Part shown: positions 12,000-24,350 of the stretch, in pieces
How the letters are laid out: each line of letters opens with the position of its first letter
Numbering within the stretch: the stretch's first letter is position 1
Assembly (NCBI GenBank): GCA_030324005.1
Contig: JARDVH010000084.1
Coordinates: forward strand, 92,988,417-93,052,416
Direction: 5' to 3'
Source: Negaprion brevirostris
Lineage: Eukaryota
DNA length: 64,000 nt
The notes under the pieces: model-generated
The model's input: the letters and a program-made list of their open reading frames with translations, nothing else
The model's database searches: none
Told to the model about the DNA's origin: nothing
Program-made: the position numbers and the translations under genes

Positions 12000-13530
12000 T
12001 GCAACGAAATAATTAAAGCAGCGATGTGGGGCTAGGTGATGTGTTGTAGGTGCTTGTTCTGGGAGGTCGTGGACCCGATTATTGTTCCTGGAAGTCTCAT
12101 CGGTAGCTGGTTGTCTGAGGATTATGGCTTAGTTTTGGTGAGCTGGCGTCTGAGCTTCAAAGAATGCAACCCATCCAGAGATTTATCTGGATGCGTTGAT
12201 TCCAGAGGCAATCAAAAACCCAAAGATCGATTACATCAAGTTCAGTCATCGGTCAGGGACAGAATGATGTTGCTGAAAGCAAAGAAGCTTGCGGATTCCA
12301 GGAATTATTGCTGAAAGAGCCTTGAGCTGTTCAAACAGATTTTAGATCATTGTTACTTATGTGGTTGAGAGAGGGGTCTGTATGGAGAACGAACAATCTA
12401 ACCAACGTACGGTTGTTTGGGGAGCCATTCAACGGATGGGGTGAGGGTGTGGCGTGGGGAGCGTAATGTGGACGCAATTGGAGACAGTGTAGTCAGGAGA
12501 ATACACACTGTTCTTTGTAGAGATGATCGTGGAGTCCCGAAACTTCAATTGAAAAACTTGTGCTCTGGTTCAGAACATCTCATCGGCACTGCAAAGGAAG
12601 TTGCAGCGGGAAAGGAAAGATTCAGTCGTCATGAGCCAGATGCGTATCAACAATATAGGTAGAAAAAAGTAATAGTTTTTGCTGAGGGTATATGAGCAAC
12701 TAACGAAAAAAAAGAACAAAAGAGGTCCTTATCTCTGGATTACTATTTCAATGAAGAACTAATTGGCACATAATCAAGAAGATCAAAGACGTAAATGCAT
12801 GGCTCAAGTATCGATGCAAGAGAAGTGGGTTCAAATTCATGGGACATTGGCACCAGTACTGGGGAACGAGTGAGACGCTCCGATGGGATGTGTTCCACTT
12901 GAGTCATGCTGGATCTGAGCTCTGGTGAATTGCATAACAACAGTTGTAGTTGGGGCTTGAAACTAAATAGTGGGTGGGAAGGGGGCTGGAACTGCTTTCG
13001 AATTTTTGATGAAACATATATTAAAGGGGTAAGATCCCAGCGAAGATTATTAAGGTCTGCATCAGGCACAATAGTTGAGCGTGTTTGGATAGAGTTACGA
13101 ATCAAACTCCAGGCAAAGCAGACACGAGGGCGACTTAGAAAAGAGGGATTTTCAGTGCAGCACTGAGGGTGTTGTATTTGAATCCACAGAGTATACAAAA
13201 TAAGATATATGAACTTGTAGCATAGATTCAAATTGGTGGTAATGTCGTTGTGGGCATCACAGTGAGGTACTGACAAGCAGTCAGCGCTGGGAGCAAAATA
13301 TCCTAGTTTACACGTACTATCAAAATGGTAGGAAGGTGTGCATGGGAGCGGGGTTGCCCTGTTTATAAAAGGAGAGACGAGAACCTAAGAACACAGCCTC
13401 ACAGTGAAAGAAAAACCATTTTTGAACCGTGATGGGAAAGATTCTCTTCAGCTTTTAATCTATGGAATTATTGTCACAGAAAAAAATATGTCGAAGCCAA
13501 GACAGTGAGTGGTTTTATATCGAGAAGACT
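12000..13530 (+). mobile_element. CR1 LINE with ORF1 (Zn-finger/leucine zipper + SGNH esterase), APE start and ORF2 3' end; internally deleted
   Basis: MCCRCLFWEVVDPIIVPG at 12039; AIGDSVVRRIHTVLC (esterase GDS); NAWLK..GFKFMGHWHQYWG; APE-like LYLN..SIQNKIYEL..VVGIT..GVALFIK at 13170-13372, followed directly by an ETRT..HSLTVKEKPF 3'-end motif. Confidence 0.85.
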
Positions 13531-13724
13531 TGTTTCTCTCCCTGTCTCTCCCTCCCTACATATATACCATCAACTGCAGATCTTTCTCTTTTTTTCAGCT
13601 TTTCTCTCCTATATAGCTGTTGTATAGATTATTAACTAATATTAGGCCCTCTGTTTCAAGACATCCATTGTATGCAAATATCAGCAGTTATTGTCGGTGA
13701 AGTTAGGAGCGTCAGGGCGTCTGA

Positions 13725-14570
13725 TAGAACACAGAACACAACAGCACAAACAGGCCCTTCAGCCCACAAGTTGTGCCGATGACATCCATACCTACCAAGC
13801 CATAGAACTATCTGTAACTCCCAATCCCATTAACTCCCATATACTCATCCAGAAGTTTTTTTTTAAAGACCCCAGTGACATCGCTTCTACCACCACCGAT
13901 GGCAGCCGATTCCACTCATTCACCACCCTCTGAGTGAAAAACGTTCCCCTAACATCTCCTCTGTACTTGCTTCCCAGCACCTTAAACCTGAGTCTTCTCG
14001 TAGCGGTCATTTCAGCCCTGGGAAATAGCCTTCGAGAATCCACCCTATCTATTCTTCTCAACATTTTATAAGCCTTTGTCAGGNNNNNNNNNNNNNNNNN
14101 NNNNNNNNNNNNNNNNNNNNNNNNNNNNNNNNNNNNNNNNNNNNNNNNNNNNNNNNNNNNNNNNNNNNNNNNNNNNNNNNNNNGCCCCGGTGTGACCACT
14201 TGCAGGTAGCTCCTGTCAATTGTCTCCTCATTGTCTCTAATGAGACGAAGGTCCTTGAGCTGCACTTCCAGTTCCTTAACCCGGTGCCTTAGGGACTGCA
14301 GCTCCACACACCGAGCTCAGATATGGACGTCTGGGAGACTAGGATCCTCCACGACCTCCCACATATTGCATTGGCAATAACATACTGGCCTCACACTCAC
14401 CGTTCCAATTTATGGTAAGGGGAAAAAAGAACTACCCAAACCGCTTTGCAAACTCCTTCCAGTTTCCGGTATAAAATTTAAAAAACTAGAAAAGTTAGTT
14501 TTAAAAATCACTCTAGCATACCCTCAAGCTCTCCTCTCACAAATCGCTGCCTCTCTTCTGTGCTCCCAAG
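13725..14570 (-). mobile_element. CR1 LINE, both ends present, middle in a 100-N gap
   Basis: ORF 13792..14307 has ORF1 ELQSLRHRVKELEVQLKDLRLIRDNEETIDRSYLQVVTP before the gap and ORF2 C-terminus FKVLGSKYRGDVRGTFFTQRVVNEWNRLP after it. The 3' tail 'atagaacacagaacac' is at 13725. Confidence 0.9.
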
Positions 14571-15949
14571 GAACAACGATAATATAAAGTTGATACTCAA
14601 TTAATATTCTATACGCTAGTAAGGTAATTGGGATAGAGAACCTTTGCGACGGCATTACCTCTGCGACCAATTTGTGCATCAAAATAGCCTTATATTTTTC
14701 ACAGTTCTCTAACAGAAAAACCAGTGGACATGTATTATTTAGCGACCGCTTTGCGAAAATTTATGCAAAAGCCTGTCTTTACATAATCTATCACCCCTTT
14801 AAAATCGTTTTTGTTTTTCCCAATATGTTGTCTATCTAATTCAAATATGGGTGGAATTAAAAAGCTCTATCAAATTTATTTGGTGTAAATATGTCTTGAT
14901 ATGTTCACCAAGTAATTTACACACGAACAACTTGATGTTTCAAGATTATTTTCTTCTTACCAACATCCAGTTTGAAAGCTTCTATTTTGGCTATTTCTGA
15001 ATTAACATAAAGGAAGAAGCATAGCAAATTCATCAGTCGTTATTGTTTTTCTTTCTGCAGTGTATTTAATTTGCAGTTAACGCAGAACAATGTATAGGCG
15101 TAGCTATCTTTCATGTTTAACCAAAAGAGGTGCTAATTTAATGAAACATTAATACTCGTTGACACAGAATACTCCCCAGGGACATGAATTAAACGTTATC
15201 TTCAGCCAATCAAATATTCTTCACAAGTTATTTTCGGCTACATTACAGCCTGTGCTGGAGAGGATCCAGATCCTCGATGTTCTTAAATACATGCGTGTTT
15301 CTCCACTGATAATTGAGCAGCAAAATACAAACCTGCAACTGACGATTTGGTGCATTAGTTTTTTTTTCTGAGAATCAATGCCATTTTCTTCATTGCATAG
15401 AAAGTCCATGAAGCAGCATATGACAACTGAAGCTTCAGATGAATGCAACAATCCTGTTGGCATTTATACTCTTTTTATCTTTCAGTGCCCAGTCACAGTG
15501 TTCAGAATATTTGAAAATAATGAATATGTTTCTGATGAGATTTCCGTTAAACCTGCATTTTCCATTCTACTCCACTCTTTTCTGATTGTGTTGGAATGAT
15601 TTGGGAATGCTCCTTTTCTTTGCAGGTTTTGGGGCAATGTTCACAAATCTGTTGATCAATATTTTGTTGATATAAATATATAGGTACACCGTAACTTGCA
15701 ATTCCATTTTTTCACCTCTCCGCCATTTTAGGCCAAATTTAAATTGTTTTAAATTTCCAAATGCTTTCCCTATGCCTTTCCAAATGCCCACCACGCTCTC
15801 CTCCTTTTAAGGAAATGTTTTGTTTTCGATTTTATAAAATATTTTTCGAAAATATGTATATAATGTATAAATATTTAACTTTTAAATACTCCATCTGTAC
15901 AGTAGGTAGACCCTGTTATTTTCATCGAAGTAGACGCAATGATTTCATA

Positions 15950-16600
15950 CTGAAGCGTGAACATTGTTTCATCACTTCAAAATAAATCACCCTATAGTCA
16001 TATATCAATTATGTTTTATTCAGATCTGTTGTTAGTAGTTCAATACTTTTATCCAAGTTCCGATATTTTGGGCAATGGTTTACTCGTCTTGTGTATGCAC
16101 GTCGAACAACTTAAATACAACTGAATGAGGAAAGTATGAGGATACTTGCTGAATTTAATCTATTCAGTTTTATGTGTGATCCAGGAGTAGGCATCGCTAA
16201 TATTTTTTCTACAGAACAAACCATTGTTCTTGTGTTGCAGGGCAGCAGCCAGCAGACATCGCTATATATTATTTGCAAGTGGGAGTAACTTGGGTCTCCG
16301 TAATTTAAATCTTCACTATCGCAAAAACAAAACGAACTCACCGTTGCGACACTGAAACGTTCCAAGAGTGCAATGACACAATAGCTCTTACAGGCAAATA
16401 TTGAGTAAAATGTTGCATGTTCCGAACATGTCTGTGCAAGGTCCCAAGTTAATGAGAATTGTTTGCAATCGACAATTAATGCTTCCAGAATGAAAGAACT
16501 CGGCAGCTATTCTCAAATCTCTTTCGTTTATTTTCCTCCATTATGTGTTACATCAATTCACTTGAGACTAGTGACAGTTCAATAAAAAAATGTTTATAAG
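15950..16600 (-). mobile_element. Decayed Academ-like transposase relic A5
   Basis: ORF 16111..16365 has FCFCDSEDLNYG..HLQII..LLP..KLNR (cf. FFxxDxxNYAR..DQxxEQTxNR). Confidence 0.5.
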
Positions 16601-16649
16601 TTTATACTTATATTTAATAAATTCGGGCTTCTTATCCGTTTTAAAACAA

Positions 16650-17060
16650 AAACACTTTCTCAACCTGCCTTGCGAAAATGAAGATTCACCTCACAGGCAC
16701 TAAAGTCTCCCCGCATCCAGATGAGAATATTTCTCCAATAAAACGTAAAACCTCCACAGCAACAGACCGCCAAATCTATTCCATTAAGATGAAGCGTGGG
16801 CACATGGCAATACAGCACCGGGAGCTTTCCTTACATGCCATCATGGTTTGGAAAGATAGTGCCTGTTCTTCGCTATCGCTGAATTAAAATCCTGGATCTC
16901 CATCCCTCGCAGCATTGTGTGTGTGCAGCTGCAACACATACACTGCAAAGGTTTAAAACTACCTTCCGCCACCGGAATATCCAGGTCAAGTGCCATAGGC
17001 AGCAAATGCTGACCTTGTCAGTCAGTAAAGTCCACATTCCACCAATGAATGTGGAAAATA
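16650..17060 (+). mobile_element. CR1/L2-group LINE 3' end (tail type shared with SacSINE), decayed
   Basis: 'tcgctgaattaaaatcctggatctccatccctcgcagcattgtg...gcagcaaatgctgaccttgtcag...ccacattcc..atgaat' resembles the common shark LINE 3' end. Confidence 0.65.
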
Positions 17061-17339
17061 CATTCCTGATTTCCAGGTTTTTACCCTTTATTAAACGTTA
17101 TGCCCTCCGCAGAGCATGTTATTTCTAGCTTATACGGGTCTCTGTCATAGTATTAAAAAGTGCTCTTCCACTCTTTGCTCCATTATTTTCCCCCTCTAAA
17201 TGCATATGAATTCCTCTGCCCAGTTTTAATTATTGTCATTCCGCCCACTTGTTTTAACTGTTGTCAGTCCGTGATAATCCAGTTCCACCTGAATTAAGGC
17301 AATCAATTTATCTTAGTGAATTGCTCTCTTGATAACGCC

Positions 17340-17417
17340 AAAAATCCTCTTGGGGAGAGTGATCATTGTATGGTGGAGTTTCTGGTGCAGATGGAGGAGG
17401 AGAAAGTGGGTTCCCGG
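17340..17417 (+). mobile_element. CR1 APE C-terminal fragment running into a gap
   Basis: PLGESDHCMVEFLVQMEEEKVGS carries the SDH catalytic motif of the APE endonuclease. Confidence 0.8.
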
Positions 17418-20400
17418 NNNNNNNNNNNNNNNNNNNNNNNNNNNNNNNNNNNNNNNNNNNNNNNNNNNNNNNNNNNNNNNNNNNNNNNNNNNNNNNNNNN
17501 NNNNNNNNNNNNNNNNNNNNNNNNNNNNNNNNNNNNNNNNNNNNNNNNNNNNNNNNNNNNNNNNNNNNNNNNNNNNNNNNNNNNNNNNNNNNNNNNNNNN
17601 NNNNNNNNNNNNNNNNNNNNNNNNNNNNNNNNNNNNNNNNNNNNNNNNNNNNNNNNNNNNNNNNNNNNNNNNNNNNNNNNNNNNNNNNNNNNNNNNNNNN
17701 NNNNNNNNNNNNNNNNNNNNNNNNNNNNNNNNNNNNNNNNNNNNNNNNNNNNNNNNNNNNNNNNNNNNNNNNNNNNNNNNNNNNNNNNNNNNNNNNNNNN
17801 NNNNNNNNNNNNNNNNNNNNNNNNNNNNNNNNNNNNNNNNNNNNNNNNNNNNNNNNNNNNNNNNNNNNNNNNNNNNNNNNNNNNNNNNNNNNNNNNNNNN
17901 NNNNNNNNNNNNNNNNNNNNNNNNNNNNNNNNNNNNNNNNNNNNNNNNNNNNNNNNNNNNNNNNNNNNNNNNNNNNNNNNNNNNNNNNNNNNNNNNNNNN
18001 NNNNNNNNNNNNNGCCCGTCAGATTTCATTTGAATTTCGTACCTCTATGACAGCCGTTTGCTTAGCTGTTTACTATTATTGACAGCTTGTACAGCCTGAC
18101 AAAACTGATGCAACTGCAAGGTCTGACGGTCTCGTCACGAATTGGAGTTGAAATGTCCCTCAGCTGTAAGACATATTTATCAGCAACACCATTTTCTGGT
18201 CAACAGCGAGAGGTTTCACCTCTCCATTGAATGCAAAGACCAATCCACTCCAATAAATAATAAGTGCCGTATTTGCTGTACAATTGTCCTCCGAAATAAC
18301 ATTAATCTTTTGAATTGTCGGCACGATAACATCACGCTTGGTCGAAGCATGAATAGATTCAACGTCGCACCTTGAAACAAAATGTGAGACAGGACATAGA
18401 GAGAAGTATTAAGTAAGATCATCGCCAATTTGGTCGACGACTGAGCTTCCGGAATGTATTAAAGAAAGACCGAAAGTAGAGGCATAACTATGAATAATTG
18501 TCAACTAAATGCATGCCCAAGATTGCTCGAGAAATCATAATTAGGCAGACTCAAGACCTCGGTCAGTACAGGTAGCTCTGTATGTTTTGGGGCGCGACAA
18601 GATCAAACGCGTCGTATATTGCCATGACATTGAATAGATTTGTATGCAAAGCGCAATCTCAACACGTTGTTTCTCCGGCAGCGAAAGCATTCATTAAGCA
18701 TGGGATAATGACCGAATTGGCGTCAATATAATGTGTCTACAGCTCCAGTTCATTTCAGGCATTGAATAATTTGATCTGAATGATTAATTGCCGCAACTAA
18801 ATGCTACAAGTCTTAGTTTCATTGCGAGATCATTGGATGTCCCACTGCTTGTTATTAACCTAGTGACAGTGTGGTATAGTGCTTTACGGGAGTAAGGCAT
18901 ATTAATTGATACCTACGAGTTCAAATGACTTACATGATGCAGAACGGGTGGGACAAACAGACTACGCGATTCCAATACTAAGTGCTCAGTCATGAATGAT
19001 AGTTGCTGAAAAAAACACATTTTCTATTACTTGCTGATTACATTACCAAGATATGGCCTAGCAATATGCATTGCTCTTGTGTGTCCAAGAATCAAGATAT
19101 CCATTATATAGTGGTGTGGACCTAAACCGGAAAGTATATAAAATGAGAACGGTCGATGTTTTCCCTGATCTTGAAGTACGTGTGGGGTTTACGATTTATC
19201 CCAAGCAGGTAGTATATACGATGTTGAAACTCCAGTTAATAGACCTGATTTTCAGCACTAAGTAATATTCCAATGTTTTTGTTTCGTCTAAAAATCATAA
19301 TATTATGATATTATGAACGAAATGCCACGAATAATGACTGGATGCTTGACTCTATTATAGCATTTCACAACAACAGCACAAAATTTCAATTCAAGTTTTG
19401 ATTTGTAAATGTCTGTATACCTGCATCAGTCAGACGCTCTTTCAAATATCTAATTTCTGCAAAAAAAAAACCGAATCAAGCAAATGTTGTGAACATTGAA
19501 TTGGTTAATGAATGCTACAATTCATAATCATCAGTTGAACCATTATGCTGTTTGAGCTCTTTGCACTCGTAGGAACAAGAAATTTAAGGCAGATCAGTGG
19601 AATACAAATAAAAATGCACTCGAAACTTATTGGATGTTGTTTGCCCGTTCAAGAAGATCGTGATGACAGAACCATTAACAGTGCGTCATATTTTGAGAAA
19701 TATTATATGTTTAATTTGTTTCTGCCAGAAAGTATTAATTTAACCCACTACTTATGCCATCAATTTAGCGTATCTCCAACTGTAATACGCATTCCACGCC
19801 ATTTACCGAAGAAATTAATAGAAAGTGGATGACATTTTGATAGATTAATTTTAAATTATGATTCGTCTTAATGATATGAGACTCGTTGGGCAATATTTCC
19901 CTCCATTTGCAGCCAGCTGTCACTTAGCTTTTCACGGCATCTTTGTAAGTGAATATCTGATCGACTGGCCGTCAACAACAGTTATGCACAGTTGAATCGA
20001 ATGCAAGAGTCAGGTGGATCTATGCAGGCCCAAGAAGATGTGTTTAACGGCTGTTTTGAGGATCCCCGAAGTTGCACTCAGTTACACGATTCATGGGTAA
20101 TTGTCAAAGAAAGTGATACAAGGAAGCCTCTAATGTGAAATTAAACATCAGCTCTGGAAATAAGGAGATATCCAAGGATTGTGTGACTTCTTTTTATTCA
20201 AACGACGCTCAACTTGATGCATTAAGGACATTTCTGTAACTGTGGACTATATGCATCTTATAAACTCAAGTAGCACAACACATTTCAGAAACGGAATTTC
20301 CATAAATGCTACATGCAATATCGTGGAAATTGTAAGTAGAAATCACATTTCCTCAAAGAAAATGTTTTTATATTCGCACAAGTGCTAATGGTAAATGAAA

Positions 20401-20489
20401 AAAAAAAGATGAAGGGGAAGGAGCGTATCTTGTTGAGAGGAGAATGAACATTGCACATTACAAACGAGATTGTTCTCTCCCTGCAAGTA

Positions 20490-20890
20490 CACAAATCATA
20501 CACAACGCAGAATCGCTGAGCAGAAACTGATCGCCAAGTTCCGCACTCAGTGACAGCCTCAACCGGGATCTTGGGCTCGTGTCACACTATCTGTAACCCT
20601 CAAGACTTGCCTGGGCTTGCAAAATCTCCCTGTCCTGGCTGGAGACAACACACACCTCTTTAACTTGTGCTTAAACCTCTCTTCACCCACATTGTCTGTA
20701 TCTTTGAAACTTAATTGCCTGTTATGACTTGCATTCCCACCATTACCTTATAAATTGAGTTTGTGTATAGATGCCCTGTTTGTGAACACAATTCCTCACT
20801 CACTTGATGAAATAGCAGCACTCCGAAAGCTTGTGCTACCAGATAAACCTGTTGGACTTTGACCTGGTGTTAAGAGACTTCTTACTGTCA
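20490..20890 (+). mobile_element. Penelope-like element 3' end (GIY-YIG C-terminus + pseudo-LTR with degenerate hammerhead core)
   Basis: RRIAEQKLIAKFRT..LNRDLG..SHY, then 'cacttgatgaaatagcagcactccgaaagcttgtgctaccagataaacctgttggactttgacctggtgtt'. Confidence 0.85.
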
Positions 20891-21015
20891 GGGGTACTAG
20901 CAGGGTAAATACATGGGGCTACGAAAGAGGTTCTGTGCAGGACTGTTGTATGTTGACTTGATGGGCCGAGTGGTTTCCTTCTGCACTGTAGAAATTATAT
21001 GATTCCATCATTCTG
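20890..21015 (+). mobile_element. HE1 SINE / CR1-type 3' tail
   Basis: 'ctagcagggtaaatacatggggctacg...gacttgatgggccgagtggtttccttctgcactgtag..tatgattc'. Confidence 0.65.
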
Positions 21016-21769
21016 TGGACTGACCTGCATCCTTTTCACTGATTTCTTTTTCTGTAAACAAAAACACGATCTAAACACGTTTTCTGCAGACTATTTTTTT
21101 TTTCTGAAGGGCAATTGACATTCTCCACAAATATGAATGGGGGCCGTTGAGAGAAAACATTGTAAATATCAATAGAAAAAAAGAAATGCGTTGGTGTAGT
21201 TCATAGAAAAATAATAAACACACCATTATGTCGCATTCTCCCAGTTCGACGTGTTCAGAAGAAAAGTAAAACAAACGTAGAAAATTCTGGTTTTTTGTTC
21301 TAGAACATGTATTCCTTCACGAAACGAGGACAATTGCTTTGATTCCAGAGGAAATGAATTGACTGACGATGTATAATGTCTATTAAAATATAACGTAAAG
21401 AATACAAATAAAATTTTAAAGTTCCAACACGAATTTATAAACACCATGTGATAGGGGCGATGTACCAAGGATTAGTGACTTCGGGGGTTCACAAGCAGTT
21501 TCCTACATGGCAGAAGAATGAGCCAGAGAAATCAATGTATCATTAATCTGTCCAGTAGCGAAAGCCATGATTAATGCACGAGACCGTATGTTTTCATGAA
21601 AAATATACTAAAATAATAAAAGGAAACAATTTTACGAAGAAAGCAGAATCTCCGTAGAAAATTATCGAAACAATTAAGGAACTATAGCCGTAAAAAATGA
21701 AACAAGCAAGCTGAACAGAAAGGGAGTAATTTAGTCCTGTATTATCACTTTGGACAGCCATTTCGATGT

Positions 21770-22140
21770 TTTATTCATTCATGAGGCATGGAGTCGCTGG
21801 CTGGCCAGCATTTATTACCCACCGCTAACTGCCCTTTTACTGAATAGCTTGTTAAACCATTTCAGAGGGAAGTTGAGAGTCAATCCCATTGCTGTGATTC
21901 TGGGCTCGCATTTCGACCAGACGAGGTAAGGTCGCAGATTTCCTTCCCTAATTGATATTAGAGAACCAGATGTGTTTTTTTTTCGACAATCGACAATAGT
22001 TTCTTAGTCATCAGTAGATGCTTAATTACGAATATATACATTTTTCATTCGAGTTGCATCAGCTGCAGTGATGCCCGATCATTAGTTGAGCTTTGGAAAT
22101 AATAGCATACGATAATGCCACTAAACCATCTCCTTCCCTT
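21770..22140 (-). mobile_element. SacSINE/Deu-domain SINE
   Basis: 'ttattcattcatgaggcatggagtcgctggctggccagcatttattaccc...gagagtcaatcccattgctgtg...cagatttccttccctaa...gaaccagatgtgttttt'. Confidence 0.8.
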
Positions 22141-22384
22141 CTCGAACTCACGTGTGAACGCAAATCCCCATATGTGCTAAATCACAATCGCATTCGTACT
22201 CAAAGTAGCTCGTTGAAAATAATTCCAAATTTCTGACTTTTTTTTCATGAAATCTAGTTTAATTAATTTACTGACGGCTCAGTTTTCATTTTCTAATTAC
22301 TCTTTTTATCTTTTAATCTAAAACTACAGAAAACTACTTTTTTGGCACTTGGGCTGAAAGAACCCCGGTAGTGATTCAGTTGAA

Positions 22385-22485
22385 AGTACGATCAGGGTAT
22401 TGAATTTGATGGTCAGCGATGATCATGCTGAATGCCAGCGCAGTCTCGAAGGGCCTTATTCTCTTTGTGTTTCTATGTTTCTACG
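22385..22485 (+). mobile_element. CR1 3' UTR/tail fragment
   Basis: 'ggtcagcgatgatcatgctgaatgccagcgcagtctcgaagggcc...tttctatgtttcta'. Confidence 0.6.
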
Positions 22486-23499
22486 TTTGCACATTTCAAC
22501 ACTGCAGTCAGAACACATCCCCCTCTTTTATTTTAACGAATGTTCTTGGCGCCAACAGTATGCAAACTGTTCTCATAATTTCAGAATGTGTACCTTGTAA
22601 AGTTTGCGGAGAATTCATGCTCTTTCCTATTCGATCCAATATATCCTTGTTAAAAATGGGGTACAGACATATAAATGTAAAGATTGCCTGAAAAAACGAT
22701 CCATCCGACGGAATTCTTTCTCTATGTATGCAACTCTACGCATGTTAAAAAATTACATTCTCTACGTTTCCCTTGATATTTATCGTGAAAAATTGGATTG
22801 TATGGCAGTTATTGTCAAGCAGGGCATGTGTGTGAAAGAATGCGCAATCACATTTGGAAAGAAAAATGTTCGTTCAGAGGATTACGCTTTCACACAAAGT
22901 TTTAAAAAGATACATTGCAGAAAAGCGCAGAGCTAATTGGCGATTCGATGCATATTTGAGACCAAATATGAAACATCGTATCACGGTTGACGACCAGGTC
23001 TAAGAAACTATATTAGGAATATTAAGCAAACCGGTTAAGAATAGCAAATCAACCAAGGTGGTGGAGGGAATGACATATCCAAATTCAACCAAAAAGAAAT
23101 ACAATTAGTTAAGAAAACAATACTATCAAATCATATAGGTCTATCAAACGATGCAGAGGATCTACGTTAAAAAGTGTAGCGGTAGAGAATATTTTTGAAA
23201 TAATAATGCAACACAAGGAGATTTCAGAGTAATTAAGCAAGTAACTTGAAGGAAAACTGCAGCACGGATGTATGGACATATCTAAAGTGCCGAAATGGAG
23301 GCGAAATTAAGCTGAGGATGGCGGATGAGGAAATAAATGGCTCAGAAATGACATTGGCAGTTATACATGAATTCTACCACGTTCGAGAAATAAGGCCCAG
23401 GATCAGAACTAACATTTAACTGAGGTAGGAACTACAGTAGGTGAAATTCCAAAATTTGGAAGTGTGATAAAGAACTGTGGAGAGAAACAAAAAACAGAC

Positions 23500-24350
23500 A
23501 AATGGTATCACCGGTGAACTCTGAGGTTGTTGGTTGCTGAGTGCTGCTGTCATATTCCTTCCCCCAAATGAATTAGGTTTAACCCAATACACAGCGAGAT
23601 CATTAGCGGCAGAATCTCACAAATATTCACGATTTATATTAAGACATGTTAGTTTGGTTTTGTAAGCATGAATATAAAGACGAATTTTCATTGCAAATCT
23701 CTGATAGATCTTCCTAAATATTATAATTACTGGATTCATTTAATAATGTTCATAAGCTATGGGAAAGATTATTGAAAAGTTGCTTGGGCCTGAAAACAAT
23801 TACACAGTAAACATATTTCGTTTCAACAGTTACAACTCCAGGTTTTGGAGCTTGAACGGCATGCGCTTTCAGGGCGGTGCATCAAAGAGATATAGACCTC
23901 CGTTGTCAGCACACTTATAGATGTAGCCGCAAAGCAGCACAATAATGTCAAGAGCGAGAGTTACTGCGTGGACAATACAAACCAAAACTAAGACAATGTT
24001 CCTTGAGTGCATTCCACCCTCCAACAAGTACTTAATTGCGGACGTTGATGAGCATGAACCTGCAAATAAAGACTTCGGCCATAAGCGTGACCATGACACC
24101 ACTGGTGGTTCAGCTGTAAAAATTAGCACAAGGAAGAGTGGATAAGAACAAAATAAGGATATAATATCTCGAGGAACAGACCAAACTATAAGCCACTGCA
24201 AATTTGAAGCAAGAAAATAGTTTTGCCTCTATGATGCCAAAGTTAACGATGTAACATGTTCTTTTTTGCGCAGAGTATCCTTAGATGGAGTATCAACAAC
24301 AAACAACAGCGATCCATATTGTTATGAACAGAAACACAGGGATATTCCCC
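23500..24350 (+). mobile_element. Decayed Academ-like transposase C-terminal relic A7
   Basis: ORF 23945..24145 has MSRARVTAWT..KTMFLECIPPSNKYLIADV (cf. MSxARxxxWxxK..LxSLPPTxxAFxxNVxRA). It is preceded by TG....MGK near 23730-23765. Confidence 0.6.

Larger units (their letters stand above)
8420..15800 (-). mobile_element. Near full-length decayed Academ-like transposase relic A4, split by three CR1 insertions
   Basis: Motifs in order on the minus strand: LHSSEA..CCFMDF (ORF 15221..15463, cf. DLxAxEAxYHxxC); LHKFS..GFSV (~14715-14770); IRSPPCTTRSILYGILVR then VIDLQEL..EFK..WLFNEMV (ORF 11224..11559); QGN../CNVETGEIA (~10890-10945); LGYH..DTKTRF..GHIGK (~9505-9590); AEEFI; LPSEALGQ (ORF 8470..8694); terminal Cys-rich remnant at 8430-8570. 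Confidence 0.7.
18100..23000 (+). mobile_element. Near full-length decayed Academ-like transposase relic A6, split by Penelope and SINE insertions
   Basis: AWDN 18698-18709; LFELFALVGTRN..DDRTINSASYFEKYYMFNLFLP (ORF 19545..19832); LNISSG 20141-20158; KYEWGPL 21129-21149 (cf. YELGPxP); FDVF; FLHG..INARD; IHALS (ORF 22604..22936); MHI* near 22950. Confidence 0.7.

Noticed and set aside
12743-13276. 177-aa minus-strand ORF (also 31391..31867 and 59951..60433)
   Set aside because: These are antisense shadows of CR1 or Academ-like remnants.
15100-15800. P-element/THAP9-like transposase (HSNTIRKEW on the minus strand)
   Set aside because: The resemblance is weak. The segment fits better as the N-terminal part of the colinear Academ-like relic A4.
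17313-18082. Longest ORFs in the track (234-244 aa)
   Set aside because: They are artefacts of translating through N runs; the same applies to other X-containing ORFs.
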